A DNA stretch of 64,000 nt, from assembly GCF_006345805.1 (NCBI RefSeq), contig NC_043003.1, positions 110,422,001 to 110,486,000 on the forward strand. The letters run 5' to 3'. Under the pieces are notes generated by a model. That model was not told where the DNA came from and did no database searches. It saw nothing but the letters and a program-made list of their open reading frames with translations. Origin of the DNA: Octopus sinensis. Its lineage: Eukaryota. Made by a program: the position numbers and the translations under genes. Below are positions 14,002 through 29,407 of the stretch, in pieces (the stretch's first letter is position 1; the number at the start of each line of letters is the position of its first letter).

Positions 14002-15370
14002 TTATGTGGTGTGTGTGTGCGTTTGTGTATGCATATATATATATTCCTATTATGTTATATCATATTATAGAGTTTGCGTGTGTGTGTGTGTTTGTGTGTG
14101 TTTGTGTGTGCACATGTTCCCTGTGGATATGGAAACTGAGTTGTCGATTTTGACGCATGACTCATCAAAAGATCAGTAATCTTTCGGCAACCAAATGAAT
14201 TTTTATTTTTGCCGAATAAGTTTTTTTTACTAGAAACGAGGTCGGTTCGCACAATTTGGAGGTCTTTAGCTAAGGAAGGCAACTCTGCCTAAACTATTTC
14301 CATGTCTTAGGGCATCAGCAGAAAATGTTTAAAATACATGGCGTTTACCAGGGTTTGAAACTTCGAAGATATACCGTCAACGTTTTTAGCTTTATCTAAT
14401 AGATAATATTTTAACGTGAAGTATGTTTGTCTGTGTTTTGTTTAACCCAGGGTTGCTTCTGATGTAGCTGACCCATCGCATACATATCTGTTTTCATGAA
14501 ATACTATGAATCTGTGTCTTTCCTTTGATGAAAGGGTGTGTTTTAAGAGAGACTTGGTTGCTATTTGTAGCAGCTGAAATTAGCACAGATACACCAGTGT
14601 GTGTATCTGGGTGTGTGTGCGTGTGCGAGGAGAGTATGTGTGTTTTGTTCTGAAAAATAATTTTTCTCAGAATATTTTTAAAGAAACCTGGATATCTTTC
14701 TTACTCTTAAGCATTCAGTTCAATTTATAAGTGTTAATTGCTTGAAGTCAAGTAGACTGAGATGTACATGTAGTCTTGTGGTTAGTAATCCAATACGTTA
14801 AAATTGAAACCAATAAGTCTATAAATATTATTTTGGGGGGTTTAGTCTTTCGACTGTCACATGTTCAAACGAATATGCATTTTCATAGCAGTTTGAATTC
14901 CATTTTTATTTTTCTTCTTACTTTTTTCCATCCTACCTCCTCAAATTGACATCTTTGAAAGGTCACCAGCACTTGTGAAAAACTAGAATTTTCCGCTTTT
15001 CCTTGTTGGTGCTTGGGTTTTCTTTTCTTTTTATTTTACGTAAGCTATCCAGTACACCACTAACCTTAATAATCTAAATTCATGTCCGATCCCCACTTGA
15101 ATTATTCTCCTTGCCTAACAGTTTGTAATTATGCAAAACTACATCACCTGTATTGAAAGAAAAGAGAAACGAGAAAGAAAAATGAAAAATTCTTTGGAAA
15201 TAAAGTTCAGTGTACTCATCGCATGAAATTGAAAAGAAACCTCTCTCTCTACGTATGTATGTATGTATGCATGTATGTATGTATCTATTTATCTATCAAT
15301 CAATCAATCAATCTATTTATCTATCTATTTTTCCCCATCCGTTATTATTTCCCATTCTTCATTGTCCTGA

Positions 15371-15405
<35 letters not shown>

Positions 15406-15642
15406 ATTCCACTTTTGTTTTTATTTCTCTCACACTCCTTTTTCCCAACAAAGAAAAGCAATATTCTCCTCTTCTAAGCAAATCAAAAAAGCATCCGATT
15501 CATATAAATGAGCAACAAAACGTTCTCTTTTTTACCATTTTGATTTTGATTTTCTCTTGACGAGTTTGAAAAACGAATGAAAGCGTTAATAAAGAATTAT
15601 CCAAACCTCTAACTGCTTCTTTTTTCTCAATATTTATATATA

Positions 15643-16230
15643 GAAGGCGGCAATCTGGCAGAAACGTTAGCACACCGGGAGAAATGCTTAGCGGTATTTT
15701 GTTTGCCGCTACGTTCTGAGTTCAAATTCTGCCGAGGTCGACTTTGCCTTTCATCCTTTCGGGGTCGATAAAATAAGTACCAGTTACGCACTGGGGTCGA
15801 TATAATTGACTTAATCCGTTTGTCTGTCCTTGTTGTTTCTCTCGGCGTTTAGCTCCTTGTGGGTAGTAACGAAATAAGTATTTCGTTTGCTGTTACGTGG
15901 AGTTCAAATTCCGCCGAGGTCGATTTTGCCTTTCATCATTTCGGGGTCGATTAAATAAGTACCAGTTACGCACTGGGGTCGATATAATCGACTTAATCCC
16001 ATTGTCTGTCCTTGTCTGTCCCCTCTATGTTTAGCCCCTTGTGCGCAATAAACAAATAAGAGACATTACCATGACGGGCGAAATGCTTAGCGGTATTTTG
16101 TCTGCCTTTACGTTCTGAGTTCAAATTCCGCCGAGGTAGACTTTGCCTTCCATCTTTTCAGGGTCGATAAATTAAATACCAGTTGCGTACTGGAGTCAAT
16201 CATATTGACTGGCCCTTCCTCCAAAATTTC
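15643..16230 (+). mobile_element. three tandem SINE family A copies (one full, two 5'-truncated)
   Basis: GAGTTCAAATTC(C/T)GCCGAGGT..CATC.TTTC.GGGTCGAT occurs three times, at about 15718, 15900 and 16117. Confidence 0.9.
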
Positions 16231-17037
16231 GTTTGACTTCTGCTATATTATGAACCTTTAACACAAGCGTATAATACATACTTCTTTTGGAAATATTGAG
16301 CTGCAACTCCGTACCGATTTGATATCTAATCTGATAAATTGTATCTAAAAAATAATTTTATTATGTGAAAAATTGTCTCTAAGATATATTTCCCCCAGCA
16401 TGCATTTAGAATCGGAGCTTAATTAGTCTCACCATTACTCCATGTACTAATTATTCAAATGAATGTTCCTTCAGGAATTTCTTGTTATCTCTAAGAATCG
16501 GAAAGAAGCTTATAAAGGAATCGAAACACTAGACCTAACGCATTTTCCTATAATTTGTCTATCCACAACGAAGTATATAAGACGCATTATATTACGACTT
16601 AAATCAGCGGTAAATGTACGAATAATTGAATAGTCATTATGATCTTAGTAATATTTCATAATATCCTCAAGTAGATGACAAATAATCTAAGAAACGTGGG
16701 CAGAAAAAAAGGATAATTCAAGCATTCTTTGTAAAGTCGTTTCTTCCCAAGTGTAATTATCTTATTGCAGTTTTAGCATTTCCAGCAGAGGCCTGATTTC
16801 TAGACTGTGAAGTAGAACCAGTATATGAAAAGCAAAATTCTCATACCACTCCTTTTGCTATTCGTATAAATAATATTTTTATGGATACCTGCAGCTAGAA
16901 CTGTTTGAAGAACTATAGAATAGATGTTTCTAGTGAATATGTAGCTTCCTTTGACTACCAAGTGTCTCCTTCTTTAGCTACTTAACTATCATACTATCAT
17001 CATGTACCTATATATATATATATATTATATATATATA

Positions 17038-17111
<74 letters not shown>

Positions 17112-20100
17112 ATATGCATATATGTGTGTGCATATCTGTGCGAATGGTTTGTTTTTGTTGTTGCTTTTATGTGTATGTGTGCATGTGTGCATACGTGATT
17201 TCATATGTATGTGTGTGTATGTCTGTGTAATCATTAGACTATCATTATTTCATATAATTTCAGCGTGCTGATATGAAACACGATTTCAGCCAATTTAGCA
17301 TTTGGTTAATTGATGTTTTATGATTGATGCAAGATGTAAAATTAGTTAGCAATCAATTACACTGCGCGGCTACAGCATTAGGTGCAGTTGCTTGTATTTT
17401 CGATGCAGTCCAATTCTATTTATTATGATGATTATCAAATCAATATATGCTTGTACTTCAATTTACTTAATTGAACGTTCATGCAATACTGCCTAGTGCA
17501 AATGTTTATTTCTTATGCAATCTATGAAAGTAAGTTTTCACTCTCCTCTTCTGAACAAACCATGATTTAGATATATAACAGGACTAATTACAATTTTTCG
17601 CTTTTACTTGTTAGTGCTTGGTTTATCTTTTTGTTTTTTACTAAGCTATTCAGTACACCACAGCCTGAATAATCTAAATTCATGTCAGTCCCCCACTTGA
17701 ATTATTCCCCTTGCCTAACAGTTTGGAATTATGCAAAAGATACATCACCTGTACTTCACCTATTGCAGATTTTGATATGGAATAATGATTATTTCCCGCA
17801 AGTATACCTTGACATGCACAAATAGATTTCTCGTTACTGTTCAATAAGATGCAAGTGGACAGATAAGAGATTAATATATGTATTGATTTTTCGTACAAAA
17901 TTTAATTAAATATTAGCTGAAAGAATAATTAAGAAAACTATAAAATAGAACTAACAAGGAATAGTCATGAAATGCACATCTAATATTGCGTGAACATTAA
18001 TTATGCAAATTCCAGCTCTGATTTACATTGATCTACTTTATATTAAAGTTGGTAAACTGGGAATCAATCCAAAATGCAAAGAAATTCACCTAATTGTAGC
18101 AGTGTAAATTGATCGCTGAATCATAAAACATATCTTTAGCCAACGGTAAATTACCTGAACTTATTAATCAATTCGGTAGGCATGTTGATCTATAGCTTTT
18201 ATGCAAATTATTTGTATATGAAATATATGTGTGTGTGTAAATGCGTGTGTGTAGTTTTGTGGTTGCATATATATCTACATATACAAATACATATATACGT
18301 ATTTATAAGTGTACACACACATACACACACCTATATAATTCATCCTGACCAATTTAGAAGTATTGTTATATATAACCTGATGTTTTAAACACTCGTGTAG
18401 CATAGAAACATTATCTATTAACATCTACTGAAATGCATTTAGAGCCACAAGATATATTTACAAATAGTTCAAGAGACATTTCATTAATATTATGGAATAT
18501 TACTGTATAATCTAATAGTAGACATTTTTTAGCATGTATTAAAAAAAGTATGGAAGATATATTTCATGACTTCTCTCTGGATAGAACAGGGAAAATTAAA
18601 GGCTTTAAGTTTATTTCCTTTTATGTCTTGTACATAAGCTTTAATACATCTCATTGAAAATTATTGGAAGACAAAACAGAAAGTTGCTCTGATCTCCCGA
18701 AAGATGTTTAATCATAGGTATGTTTCCTTCTGTCTCACATTTTATAATCTAGACACTAATTAATCAATAATTAATGGGAAGCTTGCATGATATACTGTAA
18801 GTTTCTAATGATTGCAATGGAATTTTGAGATAAATAATATGTGCAATTAATGTGTCAATACATTTGATGTTGGGTGACTCTTTAGTAGTTGTACTTTAGT
18901 TTCCGATTCAAAAATCTAATATGCGTGAATAGTTGTATCTCTATGTATGACAAACGTATATTATAAATATTATAAATATTTATGGCATCACTTAGATTTT
19001 CTATCCAAGCTTAAAAAATTGATGCATATTGAATTATGTTTATCTGTATTCAAACTAAATGAAAATGCATTAGAAATAAAAGCTTTTAGCTTGTACAATG
19101 TTTACATTCAATATTTTCTTATTTAGCTAATGTATCTGCGAAATTATTGCTAAGGATTTGTCTCATATTTTAGAGAATACAAATCAGTTCAACCCAAACA
19201 GATACATATGTGGACAATTCAACTTAAAATTGATGTAAGGATGCATTACACCTTAAGCCTACCGTGTTAACATATATGGTTCATTGTATCCAATTCTAAT
19301 TACATCTAGCTAACTGTGTCATAAGAGAAATGTTGCTCCAATTAGATCACTGATGCAAAACGCTTATTATAATGAGCTTCTAACAATGAATCTTCGCCTC
19401 AAATCCGTTTTTCTCTTGTCGGACATTGACTGCTGGTAATCAGGTAGAGCTTCATCAACCCATGTCTGTTTTTTCATCACTAAATCTTCAAATATAATTT
19501 ATTTAGAGAAAATTAACAACGACCTGAGTGAACAATTTATCGCGCAAAAATTGTTGAAGTTAAAATGATTTCAAGTGCAGTAAAGCAAAATGTCATATTC
19601 TCCATTCTGCGTAGTTTGCTAAATTTCATTCTTTTCTCTTTTGCTTTGTTGGCAAATTTGTTTCAATAGTTGGCGTATTTTGTCAGATTTGTTGAATTAT
19701 TTATTTTCCTGTGGCAATAACAACAACAACTTAGTCTACGACCTATTGATGTATAATTAGATACTCACTAATTATCCAATGTTGTAATTGGTCTAGCTAC
19801 AAGTAATCATAGACTAATAAGTGCCAAGTGTGCTGCTGCTAATGATATCTTTAGTAAAGTCTCTACAGGTGGCCTAATTATAGTTTTTCTTACTGACAAT
19901 AGGGACCAAACTGTACATGGAATTTCCACAGCAAACATGAAAGAAAAGCATTAATATCGATGAGAAAATTCACACAACATAATTAAAATAATAATACTGT
20001 CAGATATACGTCACCAAAACCCACCCACTCATACAAAACAAGACGCCTATATGTTAATATGTATATATGAATGTATGTTCATATATGTATGTCTTCTATT

Positions 20101-20600
20101 TTTTAATTATTATAACTCTTTCACCGAGGAGGGATCTGGTTTCCAACAAAGATAGTATGCTCTATCTTTGGGATGTAGTTAACGCAGACAAATTCACTGG
20201 TCAGGATAGCGCTACGATGGTGAGTAAAAGATGTTTCTCTTATCAATTGCTGGAGAAGCAAACCCATTTAAGCTGGAGAAGTCGACATATTTCTGGAGGA
20301 AAGCGTTCGAAACGGACTTTTTAAACGGTCCTCTACCTCTGGACGTCCGATGTTGACGGCGCTATTATGCATGCATGTGTGTTTGTATGTATGCATGTGT
20401 GCTTGTATACGGGTGTAAACCCCCCTACATATACACACAGCTCCATATATGTGTGTATATAAAAATCTATAAACATATGTGCATATATACAAATATATAA
20501 ATATATATTTCTAGATATATATATATGCATATATATTATTTAGTATGCGTCTTGTCGTTCATGTGCAAATAGGGATGAAAGTCTTTGCTCTCTCTCTCTT

Positions 20601-20661
<61 letters not shown>

Positions 20662-21696
20662 TCGCACATGAACGAGAAGACATAAACTAAATAATATTTG
20701 ACACCAATTGAGACTGTCCAATTTGTACTCGGTATAGTCATTGCTGCTACATTTCAAATGAATTATCATTATTTCAGAATTAGAGAAAGCGAACATTTTC
20801 CGCACTATTTATAGTTTAGTTTGAAAAGTCGATACTCTTCTCAAACCTCAAATTGTTCAATTTTTGTATGCAATTAACAAATGTATCTGTGCTACGTCAA
20901 CAATTAGAACAAAGATATAACATCATTTAACTTATGCACATTGTGATAGTCTTCTCGTGTACAGTGCTCTTGTGTCTGGGATACATATATTTGACCTTTC
21001 AAGCTCTGAAAATAATGGAATGCTACCGGGTATATATTGTGACCGACCCTCCGATTCTCGTCACTCTGGCTATTATTTTGTTCTGTTCGTTCAGAATGAG
21101 TCAAGCGCATCTTCTCTGATTTTATATAGAAATACGATTAAAGCGTTCAGGAAGTATTGGTTTCTGATTGATGATATTCTTATTGATAAGCCTTATGTAA
21201 TGGCTTGCTCTATTTCCTTTATGATTCATAACAGTAAGAAAGGAGACGTCCCAAATAGCAAGGTAATCAAAGAACAGTATATATCCAGGATTAATCTGAT
21301 TACCGAAGAGCAAGGGCTCAATCCTGCTACCATGTCTAATTTATACACGAATACTGAATGCAAATTCATTTCATCATGAGCCACGAATTTATATCTTTGG
21401 ATCCAACACCTTATTTATTTTTATATATGTATGCATCTATCTGTGTTTGTGTGCATGTGTTTGTGTGTATATGTGTGTACGTGTGTGTGTGTGTGTGTGT
21501 GTTTGTGTGTGTGTCTGTGTGCGTTCATATGTATGTACACCTTATCAATTATTCTGCATAAAAAATTCAGCGAAAGCAATTTGGGCATTTCGGCAATCTA
21601 CACACAAAAATCAGCGCCTTAGATCGTTGTTTTTAACTCCATAATCAATAAGCACAGCCAAACCTATAAACAGTAGTAACTATGAAAGCAACAACG

Positions 21697-21740
<44 letters not shown>

Positions 21741-22484
21741 TATATATATAAAAGTACGATATCAGGAAATAAAGAACATTGTGTATAATATTCTTCTTCA
21801 ACCTCAGTAGCTTTATACATTCAGGATGCTAACGGAAACTTGACAATAAAATTAAATCGAAACTTCTACGATGTATAACAATTTTATGAATATCTATAAA
21901 TGTGTGCATCAGCAACGTAAGAAGTTTTATAGAATGTGTAATTTTACACGCGTTCCGCATTAATAATGCAGTATAGAGCAGTAATAAAAAATATAGTGGT
22001 GAGTGTAAGTAATAATAATACTGATCAATACTTTACTAGGAGAAATAACTGGAAAAAGGAGGTTGTAAAAACAGCAGTAGACGATATTATTTCTACATAC
22101 CCCCTTCTTGCAAAATGTAATCTATTAAGGTGTATGAGTGAGTTGGCAGCCTGTTCTATCAATTTTGCAACAAACATATGCATATGTTAATGTGAGATGT
22201 ACAAGAAACATAACAGAAACAATGTTCAACAAATACTTATGTAACATAATCTGCTCATCCAGGCCGAAAATGATATCAAAGCAAAGTTCTCCGATATCCA
22301 TACCACACACCAGTATCAGAATCTACGTAACCTGATATATATTTTGAGTCTCCTAGAGGCAAATAATCAGAGGAATTAATAGCGTTAACCTATGAAATAA
22401 CTGTCAGCCGAAACTCGGGATGCGGTGATGAGGATGTAGTATATTAGCTGTACCTGGATTTAGTAAATGAACATTCAATGAATT

Positions 22485-22679
22485 TTTTCTACTCTAAGCA
22501 CGAGGCCCGAAATTTGGGAAGAAGAGGCTAATCGATTAGATCGACCCCAGTACGCAACTGGTACTTAATTTATCGAACCTGAAGGGATGAAAGGTAAAGT
22601 TGACCTCAGCGGAATTTGAACTGAGAACGTAAAAAGCATTTCACCCAGCGTGCTAACGTTTCTGCCAGCTCGCCGCCTT
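22485..22679 (-). mobile_element. SINE family A (short-tail subfamily)
   Basis: Same head and core as 3097-3329, with the alternative tail GGCCTCGTGCTTAGAGTAGAAAA. Confidence 0.85.
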
Positions 22680-23421
22680 TTAATATTCAAAGCGTAATTC
22701 TCAGGTAGAATTTGTATGATACATTGTTTGTGACAAGCCTGGGACTTTTGAAATACGGACGTAATTAACTTCACGGGCTTCTATACAGTTTAGGCCTGTA
22801 GGAATTCAGTCGCAAGGTATGAAGCAATCTGAAGCTGCAAAAAAAACAATAAAGTGTCAAAGCTGCCATGAAGTGATTCAAAATATGGGAAGTTTTATCT
22901 GTGAAGTGATCTTCTTGACACATTCTTGCTTCTTCATTGTTTCGTTATAAATTCAAAAGTTCCTCCACCATAAAGCATGTTGGTGATCCTATGACACCTG
23001 CTATGTAGTGTTTTGTTTCAGACAGATAATATTGACATAGCAGTAATTTCGTGCAAATGATATAACACATGACCAGCTGCTATAGCTTGTATCATGACGA
23101 TAGTCTATGCTGTCTTGTTCCTTTGTATCATATACATGGTAGGTCCAATCGACAGTCGTCACCATTTCTTACCTGGTACTTCATTTCATGGAATTCGAAA
23201 AGATGAAACGCCTAAAATGTCACATCATTCTCGACTTCCCTTTTATTCTTGAAATGTTAGACATATTTGGTTACATATTTCGATGGGGTCAAATGGGTGT
23301 TAAAAAATTCTGGCTAATCAAAATGAAAGCTATTTTTACTTAATAGTTTTTTTTTTATCAAAACTGTAAAATATACTACAATTGATTTGGTCGCAACTTA
23401 AAATTTTCCAAGTTGAATTTC

Positions 23422-24320
23422 TTCCCACTCTAGGCACGAGGCCTGAAATTCAGTGTGAAAGTGGGGCTTGTCGATTACATCCACAAAATCTCAACTGGTA
23501 TCAATTTATGAATTCGGAATGGATGAAAGGAAAAAATCGACATTAGCAGAATTTGAACTCAGAACGTAAAGTCTGAAAAAATGTTGCTATCCATGCTATC
23601 ATGACAACTTTATCTGAAGTCATATTGATTTCAAGTTTTGGCACAAGGCCAGCAATTTCGAGTAGGAGTAAGTCAATTACATCAGCCCCAATATCCAGCT
23701 AGTACTTATTTTATCAACTCCGAAGGAATGAAAAGCACATTCAACCTCGACATCTTTTGAACTCAGAACGTAAAACCCGGGAAAATGCTATTAGCCGGTG
23801 TGCTAGATACCTAATTTTTACTACCCACAGGGGGCTAAACACAGGGAAGACAAACAAGGACAGACAGACGGGTTAAGTCGATTATATCGACCCCAGTGCG
23901 TAACTGGTACTTGATTTATCGACCCCGAAAGGATGAAAGGCAGAGTCGACCTCGGCGGAATTTGAACTCAGAACGTAACGACAGACGAAATACCGCTAAG
24001 CATTTCGCTCGGCGTGCTAACGTTTCTGCCAGCTCACCGCCTTATCGGCGTGTTAGATACATATTTCTTTATTACCCACAAGGTGCTAAACATAGAGGGG
24101 ACAAACAAGGGCAGACATTAAGTCGATTACATCGACCCCAGTGAGTAACTGATACTTAATTTATCGACCCCGAAAGGATGAAAGGCAAAGTCTACCTCGG
24201 CGGAATTTGAACTCAGAACGTAACGGCAGACGAAATACCGCTAAGTATTTCGCCCGTCGTGCTAACGTTTCTGCCAGCTCACCGCCTTATCGGCGCGCTA
24301 GATACCATGCCAGCTTTGCC
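23422..24320 (-). mobile_element. cluster of four SINE family A copies (two old, two younger copies nested)
   Basis: Core motifs at about 23520, 23725, 23925 and 24170; 15-bp repeats bracket the younger copies. Confidence 0.88.
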
Positions 24321-27300
24321 GCAACAGAAAGTAATATTGCAAAGTATAATATTCGACATATTACAATTCTCACAATTTTCTGTTCTTCTCTAAATCCTCT
24401 ATATACGTGGGAATAATTATATTTTCTGTTTCCAGGGAATGTTTACACAAATATAATGGACGAATTGCTATTGTGCGTGCGCCGTTTTTCTTATTTCATT
24501 AGTCTGTTACAGAAGTAGATAGTAATATAGTTTACTAGGATTTCACTTACACTTATAGTATATTATATATGCATACAAAACATTGATTTACATATTTTGG
24601 ACACCATCTATCCAATTTCTCACCTATTTCTCCAATAATATTTTCTACTTTTACGATCATGTACACACTTCTATGTAATACACCGTTGAAAAAATTCCGA
24701 CGTACAATAATGGTTATCTCTAAGCCGATTGTTATTATTATTTTTTATTGGCTGCAATTTCAAAATAATTGTGCTATATAACATTTTAGCATTTATTTTC
24801 GACAGTATTTTTTGGTTTCGTTGCTGTATTATAAATCTAATATCCCTTCTGCATAGTCACTTCCATATCTAATATGTTAATATTATACCCATCATATCGT
24901 TGTAGGAGCGTGTTACGTTCGAGCAAGCGATGTATTTGCATGTCTTTCAATCACAGAGAGTAAATATCTGTAACATAAAATGCAGCTCGAGCGATGAAGC
25001 GATGAAGCGAACATCTAAGCTAAAAATTTACAAATAAATTATCCTCAATTTTCATCCCGGAGTCTTTAACCAGAAAGACATATTCAGAACGGTTTTCATT
25101 GATATAAATATAAGTCTTGGACCGCAACTCATCTTACGTATAACTTTTGTAATGTCCTATGAGACTTTATGAATTTATGGTGGGATAGGAATGTGTTAGG
25201 AAAAACATTGACGGACAATGGTTCAAATATTTCGTTAGTTATTATTAAATATTACATTAGCTTTTATTAAATGGAAATATTGATATTAGATTTAGTGGGA
25301 AAGTTTCAATGTATGGACTGAAATAATTGATGGTTTCTCAACGGCTCACACTATTTCGCTATTTTTTATCAGCCAACAAATACTAGGAAATACTATAATG
25401 GACAAATAAATCCATATTTATTATTCTCTGATCTCTACACTATTGTTTGCTTAACCTCAATTATACCTCAATATTGCTGTCGATTCTATGATTACTGAAA
25501 GAAAACTGCCCAAGCAAGAAAAATCTTTTTCGAGAAGCAGGCCGCATGAGAAATGGTTTATAATCAAACGGGTTGCATTATTAAAAAAAAAACTCAAGGT
25601 AAATATCATATAGGCGAGTCATTCAGAAACTCCCACAGGCTGCAGTTTGCGCATTACTGCTTCAGACAAATATTTATTTTTTGTCATTATCACGGCTTAA
25701 CGTAACTTAATATTTTCTTAAGTAACAGCAGGTTGCATACATTTTGATGTATATTCTCTAGTATATAAAGAACATACAAGAGAAGTTAATTGAAAACTTA
25801 GAAATTCTCCATATACATAGGATGATTAATCGCCCTCAATTCCCGATCCTCATTATAATTTGTTGAAAGAGCAACGAAATGGTATCATTTGTCATTTATT
25901 TCTTTTAAGTTCAAGAAAATACTAATATCGTTTTAAAGCTTATACTTCGCTCATTTCTACTTTATATTATAGAAAGGAATTTTCAGGATGAGAAGAAATA
26001 AAATAAATTAGAATTCTAGAATCCTAACATGTTCATTCCCGAATTTATAGAATATTTACAGCTATCCAAGGTATAAAAGTTCCATAAGATATCATTTAAT
26101 ATAAACACAGAAGTAAGGTATACTACTTAGTGTACAGTATAATGTCTTTCATAAAACTATCGGCGTAGTATACGACATGCTGACCTCATCTCATATGCTT
26201 CTGTGTTTCGGTACATTGCAAACGTTTTAATTACGCTTTTTTTTTCCCGTAGTGCCTCGGTTATGATGTTCCCTAGTGAATACACTATCTTCATGTAAAT
26301 ATGCAGCGGAAAGTAATTGGAGGAAACGTCTTACGTTTCTCACTATTTCGAAGCTGAATTTAACATCTGAAGGAATACAGGCAGTAAGTAATACAATCAA
26401 ATGTTTTGCTATGCAAGAAAACTATTTTTGGAGACGTGATAAGGATACAGAATATATGTGACAGGTGCATTTACATATCTATAGTCTGTAAGGAATTGAA
26501 TTTCATTTCTCACCGGATCTCTCTTTTTCGCTCTTCTACTCTCTTACTGTACACACCCATTCACACACACATACGCACACACACATATATCATGTTCAAC
26601 CGGTTTAGCCATAGTGTTACTAATAATCAGTTGGGGAACTCAATATACGTATATTTCAATATGCGTAAACCAGCAACTCAATATTAACTTAAAATTTATA
26701 AATGATTATATGTGTGCTGTGTGTATATAAATATATGTGCATGTCTGTCTGCTTCTGTGTGCATATATATATATGCATATGTATATGCATTTATGAATAA
26801 ATAGTTTTATCTGACATGACAGTCATCTGAATTTATTACTTAAAACCATGTAAATGGAATTAACTTTGGAAATAATAAATATTTAAATGAAAAGGCAATA
26901 TTACACTTTATGTTACAATTAAAGAATTCATTTATAGAACAATGGGTTTATCGGAGTGATATTTTTTCTCAGTTTTTCTACAGGCTAATATCAAATATTC
27001 CAAATAATTTGAATACATTCACATGGTGACTATAAAACAAATCGACACTTCTATGATTGCCTTGCTCTAGGAGGGCCAACAATCGTGTCGTTTATTTGAA
27101 TCGTAAAAAAATTTTTACTTTAAGTCAAAACATTTAAACGTGTTTCGATTATCCATTGGCAGTATGTTAAGATTTCTCAACATCACTGCAGGGCAAATGC
27201 AAAAGTTATATTGAAAAAAATTCAATACAACGTTTTTAGTTATTAATTTATTTCATTATTAAATTAAAGTACATGTAGAATTACAAATTAAAATGATGTA

Positions 27301-27929
27301 TAAAATTAGAAAATATTTGGAAAGTGATATAAATAACAACTTTAGTGATATACATTTATTAATATATTTTATACTTAAACAATTTAATGCGTTTCTAATT
27401 ATTAAATCTCCTTGGGATATAACAATAAAATCGATGAGAATTCTCTGACAACACCATTTAGATTGTAGCAAAAACACCTCTCACATAGAATATTATGAGT
27501 TGAAAGTAAGTATTTATAAGTACCAGACAAAAGATATCCGCATTATTAAGCATGTAATTGTTACGCGCAACATGCAATTATATTATAAGATGTGTTTTTT
27601 CTTGCTTTCTTAACATTTGATAATACAGAGTTCAACTAAAAATTTGTATATTATTCAATTCCAAAACTACACTTAATAGTGATTTCAATAGGAAAACATT
27701 AATGTTATATTAAAATTATAGAACCACTCTTCATTGCTCTCGGCTAGAATGCATTTTCTTTAAAAATGCTCTCACACAAGGAAGTCACATTTGACTTCTT
27801 GTGAAAATTAGGACGCCATTTAGAGTGTGTTACATATCTATCTAACTATGTATCTATATATCTATCTATATATCTGTCAGTGTGTTTATCTATCTATCTA
27901 TATATATATATATATATAATATATATATA

Positions 27930-27967
<38 letters not shown>

Positions 27968-28410
27968 TATATATATTATATATATATATACACACACACA
28001 TACATACATACATGCATATATATATATACATACATGCGTGTTTGTGCATGTGCGTGTGTGTGTGTATGCGAGTAGGAGAAATTATGAAACACCTAATTTT
28101 GTATCATTTATTCCCATCGGATTTTAGAACAGATAAAGTAACACTTGCCATTCTCATATACATTAACACTACTAAGTACAGAATAAAAAAAAAACACATC
28201 GCTATACTGAAAGCTGACTGGACGATGATAACCTACGTGGAGCTCTAAACCTACCAGTAACAGTTGTAATATCAAACTGTAGAAGCAAAATATATTATGC
28301 ATATGTATGTCTGTGTGCGCACGCACATGCTTACAGATGCATCCCCACACATGTACATACATACACACATGTATAATATACTTACATACATAAATACATA
28401 TAGCCATTTT

Positions 28411-28431
<21 letters not shown>

Positions 28432-28449
<18 letters not shown>

Positions 28450-29198
28450 GGAAAGGTCGGAGAGAATGAAAGACAGACTGACAGACAGGATAAATACGTA
28501 AGTTGATGTGAATTACATAACTCGTGCCAAGTAATTAGACGAAGACGTATCAAGCAACAAATAAATTTCTGAATATAATAGGAACTGATAAAAATGTGAT
28601 ACATCGTAGGGTTATAAATTACCCCGTCGTTATGTTAGCACCTATCACGCATAATAATCATTGAAACTCTGTTGGATAAACAAGTGTATTTAGCGTTAAG
28701 TATCAAGCGTGTTTATGCCCGAGGCTGGAATGAAGACACATCCTGTATTTGTGTAGATGGATAGGAGAATGTCCCCAAGGGATTTTTACTTTCAGTATTC
28801 GTACTTGTCAGTTACTGTTGCGGTTGTGAATATTCGGAGGGCATATATAAATTGAATAAAGGGTTCGTGATACCACAATATATACTCAAAAACATATAAT
28901 ATCTATAAGCGAAAATGTTAGCATATATTTATATAGTAAATAAGAGAAAACTTGGTGAAGTTTCTTCTAGCTTAGTTCAATAAAGTTTACTCATTCCTAC
29001 AGGAAGTGAATTCGAACGTTGAGGATATATATATATAATAAAAATAAAAGAATACGAAAATCTCGATTGGTATTGAAGTTCGTATACTCCAACAAAATGC
29101 AAAATAGGTTTTATACAGAAGGAAAAATTCACATACACACATGTGTGAGTGTGTGCATATATATATATATATGCGTGTGTGTGTGTGTACGTATGTAT

Positions 29199-29243
<45 letters not shown>

Positions 29244-29291
29244 GTATATATATATATATATATATATATACATTCATACTTATATATATAC

Positions 29292-29339
<48 letters not shown>

Positions 29340-29373
29340 ATACATACATACATACATACATACATACAAACAT

Positions 29374-29407
<34 letters not shown>

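Noticed and set aside
15643-16230. CRISPR-like repeat-spacer array (also 23796-24305)
   Set aside because: Eukaryotic context; the units are SINE copies and target-site duplications, not unique spacers.
20957-21379. 140-aa complex-looking ORF
   Set aside because: No recognisable motif, non-ATG start and no convincing splice sites.
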